A DNA stretch of 64,000 nucleotides from Mustelus asterias. Taxonomy: Eukaryota. A program made the position numbers and the translations under genes. The DNA lies in assembly GCF_964213995.1 (NCBI RefSeq), contig NW_027590143.1:930001-994000 (forward strand). The letters are read 5' to 3'. Position 1 is the stretch's first letter; each line of letters opens with the position of its first letter. Below are positions 11,796 through 24,355 of this stretch, in pieces. The notes under the pieces are model-generated. The model ran no database searches, was not told the DNA's origin, and saw nothing but the letters and a program-made list of their open reading frames with translations.

Positions 11796-14700
11796 ACAAA
11801 GAACAAAGAACAATACAGTACAGGAAGAGGCCATTCGGCCCTCCAAGCCCGCGCCGCTCCCTGGTCCAAACTAGACCATTCTTTTGTATCCCTCCATACC
11901 CACTCCGTTCATGTGGCTATCGAGATAAGTCTTCAACGTTCCCAGTGTGCCCACCTCCACCACCTTGCCTGGCAGCGCATTCCAGGCCCCCACCACCCTC
12001 TGTGTAAAATATGTCCTTCTGATATCCATGTTAAACCTCCCCCCCGCCTCTCACCTTGAACCTATGACCCCTCGTGAACGTCACCACCGGCCTGGGAAAA
12101 AGCTTCCCACCGTTCACCCTATCTATGTCTTTCATAATTTTATACACCTCTATTAGGTCTCCCCTCATCCTCCGTCTTTCCAGTGAGAACAACCCCAGTT
12201 TACACAATCTTTCCTCATAACTAAGCCCCTCCAAACCAGGCAACATCCTGGTAAACCTCCTCTGCACTTTCTCTAAAGCCTCCAAGTCCTTCTGGTAGTG
12301 TGCCGACCAGAACTGGATGCAGTATTCCAAATGCGGCCGAACCAACGTTCTATGCATCTGCAACATCAGATCCCAACCTTTATATACCCCGTCCTATAAA
12401 GGCTAGCATGCCATATGCCTTTTTCACCACCTCCTCCACCTGTGACGTCACCTTCAAGGATCTGTGGAATTGCACACCCAGGTCCCTCTGCGTATCTACA
12501 CCCTTTATGGTTCTGCCATTTATCGCATTGCTCCCCCCTACATTAGCTCTACCAAAATGCATCACTTCGCATTGATCTAGTTTGAACTCCATCTGCCATT
12601 TCTTTGCCCAAATTTCCAGCCGATCTATATCCATCTGTAGTCTCTGACAATGTTCCTCACTATCGCCAATTCCAGCCAATTTCGTGTCGTCCGCAAACTT
12701 ACTGATCACCCCAGTTACATCTTCTTCCAGATCGTTTATGTAAATCACAAACAGCAGAGGTCCCAATACAGAGCCCTGCGGAACACCACTCGTCACAGGC
12801 CTCCAGCCGGTAAAAGACCCTTCCACTCCCACCCTCTGTCTTCTGTGACCAAGCCAGTTCTCCACCCATCTAGCCACCTCCCCCTTTATCCCATGAGATC
12901 CAACCTTTTGCACCAGCCTACCATGAGGGACTTTGTCAAACGCTTTACTAAAGTCCATAGAGACGACATCCACGGCCCTTCCCTCGTCAACCATTCTAGT
13001 CACTTCTTCAAAAAACTCCACCAGGTTAGTGAGGCATGACCTCCCTCTCACAAAACCATGCTGACTATCGTTAATTAGTTTATTCCTTTCTAAATGTGCA
13101 TACATCCTATCTCTAAGAATTCTCTCCAACAACTTCCCTACCATGGACGTCAAGCTCACCGGCCTATAATTACCCGGGTTATCTTTCCTACCCTTCTTAA
13201 ATAACGGGACCACATTAGCTATCCTCCAATCCTCTGGGACCTCACCTGTGTCCAGTGATGAGATAAAGATTTGCGTCAGAGGCCCAGCGATTTCATCTCT
13301 CGTCTCCCTGAGCAGCCTTGGATAGATTCCATCAGGCCCTGGGGATTTGTCAGTCTTTATACTCTCTAAAGAACCTAACACTTCCTCCCTTGTAATGGAG
13401 ATTTTCTCTAATGGTTCAACACTCCCCTCCGAGACACTCCCAGTCAACACATCCCTCTCCTTTGTGAATACCAACGCAAAGTATTCATTTAGGATCTCCC
13501 CTACTTCTTTGGGCTCTGAGCATAATTCCCCACTTTTGTCCCTGAGAGGTCTGATTTTTTCCCTGACACCCCTTTTGTTCCTAACGTATGAATAAAATGC
13601 CTTGGGATTCTCCTTAATCCTGTCTGCCAAGAACATTTCGTGACCCCTTTTTGCCCTTCTAATTCCTCTTTTGAGTTCTTTCCGACTTTCTTTGTATTCC
13701 TCCAGAGCTCCCTCCGTTTTTAACTGCCTGGACCTAACGTACGCCTCCCTTTTCTTTTTGACCAGTCCCTCAATTTCCCTGTTTATCCACGGTTCTCGAA
13801 TCCTACCCTTCCTATCCTTCTTTTTTACAGGCACATGCCTGTCCTGCAGCCCTAACAACTGTTCCTTAAAAGACTCCCACATACCAGTTGTGGATTTACC
13901 CTCAAACAGCCTCTCCCAATCAACAACTGCCAATTTCTGCCTAATCCCACTAAAGTTAGCCTTCCCCCAATTCAACACCTTACCCTTGGGACACCACTCA
14001 TCCTTTTCCATCGCTATCCTAAAGCTAACAGAATTGTGGTCACTATTTGCCACATGTTCCCCTACTGAAACTTTGAAGACCTGACCGGGCTCATTCCCCA
14101 GTACTAGGTCCAGTATAGCCCCCTCTCTAGTCGGGCTATCTACATATTGTTCCAAAGAACCTTCCTGTACGCATTTTACAAATTCCTCCCCATTCAGAGT
14201 CCCAGCTCTTAGCGATTTCCATTCTATACCAGGGAAATTGAAGTCTCCCATTGCAACAACCCTATTTTTTCCTGCACCTATCCAGTATCTCCTGACATAT
14301 CCGTTCTTCCACTTCCCTTGGGCAGTCGGGGGGCCTGTAGTATATCCCCAACATAGTGACTGCGCCCTTCCTGTTTCTGAGCTCCACCCACAGTGACTCG
14401 TTACACGACCCCTCTGAATTGTCCTCCCTCTGCACCGCTGTAATATGTTCTCTAACTAATACTGCTACTCCCCCACCTCTTTTGGCCCCTCCTCTGTCTC
14501 GCCTAAAACACTTGTACCCCGGAATATTCAGCTGCCAGTCCTGTCTCTCTTTCAACCAAGTCTCTGTCACCGCAACTACATCCAAATTCTTCGTAAGCAT
14601 TAAGGCCCTAAGTTCGTCTGTCTTACCTGCTACGCTCCTTGCTTTGAAGTAGATGCACTCCAGACCTCCAGGCCCAGTGAGTTCATCCTCCCCCAGTGTG

Positions 14701-15490
14701 CTCTTCTTCTTTGCCAGCCTTGTCCTGGCCCCAAGCTCGTCCCCAGCCTCTACACTTGTAGACCTAATTTTTTGATCCCCACCCCCCTGCCATATTAGTT
14801 TAAACCCACCCGAACTGCACGAGCAAAACTCCCAGCCAGGATATTCGTGCCCTTCCAATTTAGTTGTGACCCATCCTTCTTGTACAGGTGCCATCCTCTC
14901 TTGAAAACTTCCCAATGATCCAGGAAAATGAAGCCCTCCCTCCTGGACCAGTCCTTTAGCCAAGCGTTCAATTGTATTAACTCCCTATTCCTAGCCTCAC
15001 TGGCACGAGACATTGGGAGCAGCCCAGCTATTGCCACCCTGGAGGCCCTACCTTTTCGCCTATTTCCCAACTCCCTGAATTGCTCTCGTACGATCCCCCT
15101 GCTCTTCCTATCTACGTCATTTGCACCAATGTGTACAACGACATCCGTTTCTTTATCTTCCCCTTTTAATATGCCTCCTATCCGCTCGGAGACATCCAGT
15201 ACCCCAACACCAGGTAGGCAGACTACCATCCTGGAGTCCCGTTCGCACCCACAGAATCGCCTGTCCATGCCTCGAACCGACGCATCCCCCACCACTATTG
15301 CTCTCCGAATTCCTCTCTTTCCTTTCCGGGCCACAGAACCTGATTCTGTGCCAGTGACCTGGTCACTGTGGCTAACCCCTGGAGAGTCATCCTCCTCCAC
15401 ACTATCCAAAGCAATATACTTGTTTTGGAGGGGGACAACCACAGGTGACCCCTCCATTAATTGCTCACTAAGAGCCAAGCCTTTCCTGCT
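11796..15490 (-). mobile_element. Near full-length CR1 LINE: ORF1 esterase domain plus frameshifted ORF2 (endonuclease and RT)
   Basis: ORF 14795-15478 has SGNH/GDSL-like motifs (VVGDASVR, VVVHIGAND). ORF 14262-14963 has the endonuclease (VTETWL, GGGVA). ORF 12380-14251 has GDFN, SDHN and RT KFADD. The (TTCTTTG)n tail is at ~11796-11812. Confidence 0.92.
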
Positions 15491-15669
15491 ATGAGAGACT
15501 TTAAAAAATAAATTGGCTCCAATTGGCGGGATCTGCCATGGGGAGTTGGTATCCTCATGATGGGCTCAGTGGCCTCCATTTGTGCTGCGCGACTACAAGA
15601 GCTCTCTGTCAACCAAACCAAATGCATGTCTTCCCATTGCGTTAACAAAGAGACAGAAGACACCCTTCA

Positions 15670-16766
15670 TTAAAGACTGCAAATTTATTCAATATTATAA
15701 GCGATGCATATGAAAAAATAACAAGGTGACAGATATGCACAAAGGTGTGATTAACGAACCAGAAGAGCATAAGACGGAGGAGTAGAAGTAGACCATTCGG
15801 CCCACAGGAGCTGCTTCGCCTTTCAATGAAATCATGGTTGGTTTGATATTATCCTCAACTCCACTTTACCACCTTAGCCCCATAACTCTCGCTTCCCCTG
15901 ACTAACCGGATGATCTTAAATGTGTACGAATGTCCCATCTGTAAAATAACCTGAGAGCAATAACCTGATTTTAGGCTAAGCTCATGGCGAGATGTTCAAA
16001 AACTCTTGTTCATCTTACTTGTGAAATGCCGTGTCATGATAAAGCTCTGCACGGTGGCAAGTGGTGGCTCGATTATCTCTAAGGGCCCAGATGTACAGGC
16101 TGGGGTTTGGTGCCTCCGTGGCACTGGGAGGAAAATCTGGAGTCCAAGATTAAGTACGGGAGAGAGAATATCACCTTGGCAACAATCTAAAAGTTTGATG
16201 AAAATCCAGTCAGACCCTTGCTGATTTAATGTATCTTACGCTCTTAAATTGCATGCATTAAAGTACAATGTTTAAAATAACTACCAGAGTAAAACAACCA
16301 AAAGGAACATGTGAGGTGCCATTACCTAGATTGCCCTGTAAAGGGCTGCCATTGTCACTATGGGCTGAGTGGCTGCTTTCTCCGGAATAGGATTCTACTA
16401 TTCTAAGCAAAGAATATAAAAATCGAAGTTCTATACGTCCTAAAATTGAAAATGCTGTTTTCAAAAATGTCTCCGACACTAATGCAGGCAGACACCATGT
16501 CAATGCTAGCTCCACGCTGTTGCTGAAATGCATAATTGAAATGTTTATGTAGCATAAGCAGTAGAATTCACGCAGAACCACGAATTTCAAATCAAAATAA
16601 CAGTGGAAAAAAGTGACCGAAAAGAGGATCTTTTAAAGTTAAGTCGCCATTTAAAACAAGCGAGATTGAATTGCTTGAAGCGGAACTTCTGATCAGGAAG
16701 CCTCTGGATTTTGATACCCCAGTCAATGAGTTCACACCTGAATCCATTTCATCGTCCAATGCAGTT
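15670..16766 (-). other. TRDC: Probable untranslated exon 4 (3' UTR) of TCR delta constant gene
   Basis: Acceptor CTCCTTCCATTCCAAACAG| ends at 16767, and AATAAA lies at 15689-15684 (minus strand). Exon 3 has a GT donor 1 nt after its stop codon, which implies a further exon. The boundaries are inferred. Confidence 0.55.
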
Positions 16767-17322
16767 CTGTTTGGAATGGAAGGAGCAACAGTAGTAGCAC
16801 ATCAAAGAGTCAGCAAGCAAAGAACACCTTGTATCTTTAGGGTCTCCATTAACATTCTCCAATAATATTCTCAGAAGCCACTGCAATTGCACAAGAACCC
16901 CGACAGTGCAGAAGGATGCGATTTGGCCCATAGAGTCTGCACCGACTCTCCGAAAGAGCCACGCAGCTCAAGACCAAGGGATGGGCGGAAAAAGTTAGGC
17001 TAGTCAGTGACACCCATAATTAAACAAAAATCTGGAGAGGTTTAAGAAGTCAAGGCTGCGATTGGGAGCGGGGGTTGGCGGGCGGGGGGCGGGGCGGCGG
17101 GGGCGGGGGGGGGGCGGTGGTGCGGTGGCAAGGGAGGGATGAAAAGCGATGAGGATGGGGCACTGGAGTAAGAGTTCGTTTGTCTAAATGCATCCAAGTT
17201 AATGCTCACTCCACGGGTTAGTTTCAGCGTCTGCCTTAACAGTGGCCTCGCGAGATCCCGTCAATGGTCATTGTTCATCACAGTTTGTCTTTCTTGGCAC
17301 GCATTCAGGTGACCGACCTTAC

Positions 17323-17433
17323 CTCAAAATAGCCACACCCTGGCCGTCATCATGACATTGAAGACAATGCTCTTGAAAAACAAAATTCTTAGCCCCATCA
17401 CCGTCAAAGACAAAAAGTTCACCCTCAGTCGAT
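17323..17433 (-). CDS. TRDC: TCR delta constant exon 3 (transmembrane/cytoplasmic)
   Basis: cag|AT CGA... gives (D)RLRVNFLSLTVMGLRILFFKSIVFNVMMTARVWLF*, with the alpha/delta-type TM basic residues R and K. TGA at 17326-17324 is followed by G|gtaagg. Confidence 0.93.
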
Positions 17434-17875
17434 CTGCCAAAATAAGAGAAACAAATGATAGATCTGGTTTAATGGATATATGATTTGGTATTGAAAAACA
17501 ACTGTATACCTCTAATGTGATATTTTTTCCATTATCTAACAGCTTGACTTTCGTCCGTCTGTCCATCCCTGTCCGTCCGTCCGTCTGTCCATCTCTGTCA
17601 GTCCGTCCGTCCGACCGTCTGCCTGCCTGTCTATCTATCTTCATCTCTCTTTCACTCTGAGTTTCTCTCTCTCTCCCCGCCTCTCCTCCTCTCTCGCTAT
17701 CCCGCTCGATTGATATATCTCTCTCCCTCACTCTGTGTGACAATCTATCTTTTTCCCCATCTCACTATATGTTTATCATTCAATCTCCGGGTCTGTATCC
17801 GTGCCTATTTGTCCACTTATCAATCCGTCTATTTGCAAGTATTTTACTTTGATAAATGTTGAATAAAGCACATAC

Positions 17876-17938
17876 CGTTTTCCGTGTCACTTGATTCTGT
17901 CAAGGAATCACTTCGACCTGTAGGGCATTTAGGTTTAT
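17876..17938 (-). CDS. TRDC: TCR delta constant exon 2 (connecting peptide with interchain Cys)
   Basis: cccttccag|AT AAA CCT AAA TGC...AAC G|gtatgt. 63 nt, phase 1 to phase 1, (D)KPKCPTGRSDSLTESSDTEN. Confidence 0.88.
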
Positions 17939-18856
17939 CTGGAAGGGCAAAAATGACATTTGACTTATTAAGTGAGCAAGTGACATTACTGTAACCATGT
18001 TTGTTCTCAATATCACTTTGAATAATGTTGTTGTCATAACCAAAAGCCACGAAGAAAGTAAGAATCAAACAGCACGATTGGACTTGTTCACTTGATTATT
18101 CACAACGGAGAAACATTGGGAGCTCTGCCATTTAGTTCGTCCCAATTCTGAGTTCAAAGAGAGCAGGGTAGATTCCCCATCAGGGATTAAAACCCAGGAT
18201 CCAGAGCCGTTCCATCAGTGCAGTATTTCACTGTCTTCCGAAAACGTTGTGAAACCGAGGCCTGATTTCAGCTCTGCAGTGGATTAAATGATATCAGGGC
18301 ATTTCTCCAGAGGAACGGGATTCTCCAGTACCCTGGTTAGTATTTAATACGTTCCTAAATTCGGTGATGTACCAGCAGTTACGGGTCCTGCACACTGCCC
18401 TGAATTATAATAGTTAGCTCTTATTATTTTTATTCATTTACGGAATGTGGACATCACTGGCAGGTCAGCATTTATTGCCAATCCCTAATTGCCCCCTTCA
18501 GAAGATGGTTGTGAGTCTCCTGCTTGAACCTCTGCAGTCTGTCAGGGGTACGTACACACACAGTACTGTTAGGGAAGAAGTTCCACCATTTTGACTCTGC
18601 GACAGTGAAGGAACTGCCGAAACATTTCCAAGTCAGGATGCTGAGTGACATGGAGGGTAACGTCCAGATGATGGTGTTCCCAGGTATCTGCTGCCCTTGT
18701 CCTCCGAGATGATAACGGTCGTGAGTTTGGAAGATTCAGCGGAAGGAGACTTGGAGAGTTACTGCTGTGTATCTTGTGGATGGCACACACTGCTGCCATT
18801 GTGCTTCGGTGGTGGAAGAAGTGGATGTTTGTGAATAGAGTACTTAATGCTTGAGC

Positions 18857-19220
18857 CGCACAGTGGCACAGTGGTTAGTACTGCTGCACCGCCACCCCCC
18901 CCCCCCCCAACGCCCCGCCACTCCCCTCCGCCCCCCCCCCCCCGCCACTCCCCCCCGCCCACAGTGTCAGGGACCTGTGTTCGATTCCCGGCTTGGGTGA
19001 CTGTCTGTGCAGAGTCTGCACGTTTTCCTCGTGTCAGCGTGGGTTTGATCCGGGCGCTCCGGTTTCCTCCCACAGTCCGAAAGACGTGCTGATTAGATGC
19101 ATTGGCCATGCTAAATTCTCCCTCAGTGTACCCGAACAGGCACAGAGTGTGGCGACTATGGGATTGTCACAATAAATTCATTGCAGTTTTAATGTAAGCC
19201 GACTTGTGACACTCATAAAC
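18857..19220 (+). mobile_element. tRNA-derived SINE with an internal poly-C expansion
   Basis: The SINE head GGCACAGTGGTTAGTACTGCTGC is interrupted by C-rich tracts (18888-18960), then the body resumes. Confidence 0.7.
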
Positions 19221-19489
19221 ACACTGTTAATCAAGCGGAGCTGCTTTGTCCTGGGTCGTGTCAAATGTCTGAGTGTTATTGGAGCTGCATTCATCGAGGC
19301 AAGTGGCGAATACACTACCACAGTCATGATTATGTCTTGTGGATGGGGCAGAGAATTTGGGGGATGAGGAGATACGTTACTCACCACAGGATTCCCAATC
19401 TCCGACATTCTCTTGCAGCTACAGCACTTATATGGATAGTCCAGTCCAGTTTCTGAGCAACGTTAACCCTCAGGATGTTGATAGTGGGG

Positions 19490-19872
19490 GTTGACCTGAT
19501 AGAAGTCTACAGGATTATGAGAGGCATGGACAGAGTGGATAGTTAGAAGCTTTTTCCCAGGGTGGAAGAGTCAATTACTCGGGGGCATAGATTTAAGGTG
19601 CGAGGGGCAAGGTTTAAAGGAGACGTACGAGGCAGAGTTTTTACACAGAAGGTGGTGGGTGTCTGGAACTCGTTGCCGGGGGAGGTAGTGGAAGGAGATA
19701 TGATAGTGAGTTTTAAGGGACATCTGGACAAATACATGAATAAGATGGGAATAGAGCGATATGGTCCCCGGAAGGGAAAGGGGTTTTAGTTAAGTCGGGC
19801 AGCATCGTCGGTGCAGGCTTGGAGGGCCGAAGGGCCTGTTCCTGTGCTGTAATTTTCTTTGTTCTTTGTTTC
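19490..19872 (+). mobile_element. CR1 LINE 3' fragment
   Basis: TRGHRFKVRGARF...VVGVWNSLP and a TTCTTTGTTCTTTG tail. Confidence 0.85.
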
Positions 19873-20659
19873 AGTCATGGTAATGCCATTAAATGTCAAG
19901 AGCCGGTTGTTAGCTTCTTTCCTGTTGGAGTTGGTCATTGCCTGGAACATGTGTGGCGCAAATGTTACTTGCAGCTTGTCAGTCAAAGCCTAGGTATTGT
20001 CCAGCTATTGGTGCATTTGTAATGCACTACTACAAGATCTGAGGTGTCATGAATGGTGCTGAAAATTGTTCAGTCATCAGCGAACATCCCAACTTCTGAC
20101 CTTACAATGGATTGAAGGTGATTGATGAAGCAACTGAAGCTGGTTAGGCCTGAGACACTGAGGAACTCCTGCAGTGAAGTCCCCAGACTAGGATAATTGA
20201 CCGTCAATCATTAGTCAGCTAATCTTTCAAAAAGACTACACTTTGAGTGACGATGACACCGAGAGTCCTTAGGTCGTTAAGAGGATGGATAATATTTAGT
20301 GCAAGTTCTTCCTGTCATAAAACATTCTCAGAGGACGCAGTGGCGCAGTGGCATTGTCACTGGACTGGTAATCCAACGACCCAGAATGCTGACCTGGGGA
20401 TGGCAGCTGCGAAATTTGAACATTTTTTTAAAAATTGGAATTAAAAGTTTCATGATGACCCTGAAACCATTGTCGATTATCATTAAAACTCATCTGGTTC
20501 ACTAACTTCCTTCAGCGAACGAAATCTGCCGTCCTTACATGGTCTGGCCGGCAAGTGACTGTTAAATGTCTTCTGCTGAAGGGCAATTTAGGATGGGCAA
20601 TAAATGTTGGCCAAGCCAACGACACCCACATCACGTGAACGAAAATAAAATAAACTTAC

Positions 20660-20971
20660 CAATTTCAGCTGTGGGCGGGATGTTTACTGAGTAATTTCGA
20701 TTATCGTGAAATGCCTTGCACGTGATGTTTGGCGATTTCTCGGATTGGCGGAAAGAGAGAAAACCCGAGCTCCTGTAATTCCCGCTCTCCAATAGGACAC
20801 TGGATCTTGTCACATTGACCTCCTGGCCCAATCCCGTGTACAGGGAGAGCATGATTGCGTTGGGCGAGAAGTCCGAGGCCAAGCATACTGCAGCTGTGTC
20901 GATGCCGGTGGCTCCCCGTGGCACTGGCGGGTAAAAGACGCTCAATTTAGGCTCCACCGGGCCTTTCGCCT
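20660..20971 (-). CDS. TRDC: TCR delta constant exon 1 (Ig C1 domain)
   Basis: ttttcag|AG GCG AAA...ATT G|gtaagt, 312 nt, phase 1 to phase 1: (K)AKGPVEPKLSVFYPP...AVCLASDFSP...NVTRSSVLLESGNYRSSGFL...NITCKAFH. Two domain cysteines. Assigned to delta because an upstream D segment is present and the TM is delta-like. Confidence 0.9.
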
Positions 20972-21169
20972 CTGAAAATTTAATAAATAAAAGGAAATGA
21001 TCAGAATCCAACAGAGGGAACTCCTCCAACCTGCTGAGCCATTCGATTAGACCCGCATTTTTTCTATCTCTTAACCCTATGTGAGTTTCTCCATGAATTT
21101 ACCGAATGCTGAGACTGGATAATTAGGGCGTTTTCGCTTGGCACAGAGAAGGCTGAGGAGTGACGCCTC

Positions 21170-21173
21170 TCTT

Positions 21174-21228
<55 letters not shown>

Positions 21229-21370
21229 TTCACACACTCACATGCACACGCACACATGCCCAGGCATATAAGCAGATAGACGGACATGCATAGACACATA
21301 TGCACACAAACGCACACACACATACACACACACGCGCGCGCACACATATACATACACACACACACACACG
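21170..21370. repeat. (CT)n(CA)n microsatellite
   Basis: Direct inspection. Confidence 0.9.
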
Positions 21371-21374
21371 GGTG

Positions 21375-22140
21375 AACATAGAAACATAGATCAGTACAGC
21401 ACAGAACAGGCCCTTCGGCCCGCGATGTTGTGCCGAGCTTTATCTGAAACCAAGATCAAGCTATCCCACTCCCTATCATCCTGGTGTGCTCCATGTGCCT
21501 ATCCAATAACCGCTTAAATGTTCCTAAAGTGTCTGACTCCACGATCACTGCAGGCAGACCATTCCACACCCCAACCACTCTCTGCGTAAAGAACCTACCT
21601 CTGATATCCTTCCTATATCTCCCACCACGAACCCTATAGTTATGCCCCCTTGTAATAGCTCCATCCACCCGAGGAAATAGTCTTTGAACGTTCACTCTAT
21701 CAATCCCCTTCATCATTTTATAAACCTCTATTAAGACTCCCCTCAGCCTCCTCCGCTCCAGAGAGAACAGCCCTAGCTCCCTCAACCTTTCCTCATAAGA
21801 CCTACCCTCCAAACCAGGTAGCATCCTGGTAAATCTCCTCTGCACTCTTTCCAGCGCTTCCACATCCTTCTTATAGCGAGGTGACCAGAACTGCACACAA
21901 TATTCCAAATGTGGTCTCACCAAGGTCCTGTACAGTTGCAGCATAACCCCACGGCTCTTAAACTCCACACACTATAGGCCTTCTTCACAGCTCTATCCAC
22001 TTGAGTGGCAACCTTTAGAGATCTGTGGATATGGACCCCAAGATCTCTCTGTTCCTCCACAGTCTTCAGAACCGTACCTTTGACCCCGTAATCCACATTT
22101 AAATTAGTCCTACCAAAATGAATCACCTCACATTTATCAG
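21375..22140 (-). mobile_element. CR1 LINE 3' fragment
   Basis: ORF 21456-21968 (LVRPHLEYCVQFWSP...TRGH) and a TTTCTATG tail at ~21376-21388. Confidence 0.9.
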
Positions 22141-23815
22141 GTGAGATCCTAAATGAATATTTCTCATCAGTCTTTACTGTTGAGAAAAGCATGGTTGTTA
22201 GGGAACTTGGGGAAATAAATAGTGATGTCTTAAGGAGTGTACTTATAACAGAGAAAGAGGTGCTGGAAGTCTTAAAGCGCATTGAGGTAGATAAATCCCC
22301 GGGAACTGATGAAGTGTATCCCAGGATATTGTGGGAGGCTAGGGAGGAATTTGCGGGTTCCCGAGCAGAGATATTTAAATCATTGTTAGTCATAGGTGAG
22401 GTGCCTGAAGATTGGAGGGTGGCAAATGTTGTGCCTTTGTTTAAAAAGGGCTGCAGGGAAAAGCCTGGGAACTACAGGCCAGTGAGTCTCACATCTGTGG
22501 TGGGTAAGTTGTTGGAACGTATTTTGAGAGACAGGATCTACAGGCATTTAGAAATGCAAGGACTGATTAGGGACAGCCAGCATGGCTTTGTGAGTTTGAG
22601 TTTTTGAAGGGATAGCCAAGAAGGTAGTTGATGTTGTCGACATGGAATTTAGCAAGGTCTTTGTCAAGTTTCCACATGGTAGGTTGTTTGTAAGGTTAAA
22701 TCTCACGGGATCCAGGGTGAGGAAGCCAAATGGATACAAAATTGGCTTAATCACAGAAGCCAGAGGTTGGTTGTAGACGTTGTTTTTCAAACTGGAGGCC
22801 TGTGACCAGCGGAGTGCCTCAGGGATCAGTGTTGGGTCCAATGTTATTTGTCATCTATATTAATGATTTGGATGAAAATATAGGAGGCATGGTTGGTAAG
22901 TTTGCAGGTGACACCAAGATTTGTGGCATAGTGGACAGTGCGGAAGGTTATTTCGGATTGCAATGGGATCTCGATCAATTGGGCCAGTGGGCTGACGAGT
23001 GGCAGACAGAGTTTAATTTAGACAAATGCGAGATGAGGCATTTTGGTAGATTGAACCAGGGCAGGACTTACTCAATTAATGGTAGGGCGTTGGGGAGACT
23101 TACAGAACAAAGAGATCTAGGGGTACACGTTCATAGCTCCTTGAAAGTGGAGTCACAGGTGGACAGAATGGTGAAGACGGCATTCAGCAGGCTTGGTTTC
23201 ACTGGTCAGAACATTGAATATCGGAGTTGGGACGTCTTGTTGAAGTTGTACAAGACATTGTTAAGGCCACACTTTGAATACTGTGTACAGTTCTGATCAC
23301 CCTATTATAGAAATGATATGATTAAACTAGAAAGAGTGCAGAAAAGATTTTCTGGGATGCTACTGGGACTTGATGGTTTGAGTTAGAAGGAGAGGCTGGA
23401 TAGACTGGGACTTTTTTCTCTGGAGCGTAGAAGGCTGAGGGGTGATCTCATAGAGGTCTATAAAATAATGAGGGGCATAGATCAGTTAGATAGTCAAAGG
23501 TAGGGGAATCTGAAACTAGAGGGCATAGGTTTAAGGTGAGAGGGAGAGATACAAAAGTGTCCACAGGGGCATTTTTTTTCGCACAGAGGGTGGTGAGTGT
23601 CTGGAAGAAGCTGCCAGAGGTAGTAGTAGAGGCAGGTACAATTTTGTCTTTTAAAAAGCATTTGGACAGTTACATGGTACGATGGGTTTAGAGGGATTTG
23701 GGCCAAATGCAGGCATTTGGGGCTAGCTTCGGGCTTAAGAAAATGGCGCCATGAAAAAGTTGGGCCAAAGGGCCTGTTTCCAAGTTGTAAACCTCTATGA
23801 TTCTATGACACTATG
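22141..23815 (+). mobile_element. Decayed CR1 LINE (RT to 3' end)
   Basis: DKSPG, YRPVSLTS, GVPQGSVLGP fragments and a CTATGA tail. Confidence 0.88.
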
Positions 23816-24301
23816 ACACACACATGCATCTGGAAGCATGCATACCCCCCCCCCCCCGCCCCTCCACCACCTCCCCTCCACACACACACACACACACTGA
23901 GACATTGAGAGACACACACACCCAGCACCACACACAAACACAGAGAGTCTGGATTTGGGGACCAAATAAAATATTTCCAATCTTGCTGATGAGCACAACT
24001 AATGGTGAGGAGGATGCAAGGAGGACTTGAAGGGAATTGGGACAGGCTGAGTCAATGGGCAAGAACATGGCAGATGGAATAAAACTGAATATGTGTGAAG
24101 TTATCCACTCTGGCGGAAAAAAAACATCAGAAAGGCAGTATTTCCTAAACAGTGCGAGATTGGACAGAGTTGTTGCCAGAGAGAGCTGGATGTCCTAGTT
24201 CATGGGTCAGTAAAAATTAGCATGTAGGCACAGCAAGACATGTGGAAGGCAAATGCTCCATATTTGTGCAATCAAATAGGAGCGCGAGAGCGCGAGTGAG
24301 C

Positions 24302-24355
<54 letters not shown>

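Noticed and set aside
1-15600. Expected inverted V-delta or J-alpha segments downstream of C-delta
   Set aside because: No FGxG J motif with RSS and donor, and no V-domain frame, was found by eye. They may lie beyond the window.
17068-17140. G-rich tracts with G-quadruplex potential (also ~10975-11030, ~38920-38965)
   Set aside because: Simple low-complexity runs common in this genome, with no evidence of function.
17323-20971. Alternative assignment of the constant gene as TCR alpha
   Set aside because: A 12/23-flanked D directly upstream of the J array and the VNFLSLTVMGLR.LF.K TM region fit delta better. The J sequences alone cannot discriminate.
21375-23815. Head-to-head CR1 junction at ~22140 as a twin-priming inversion
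   Set aside because: Both halves have their own 3' tails and overlapping RT content, so they are two separate insertions.
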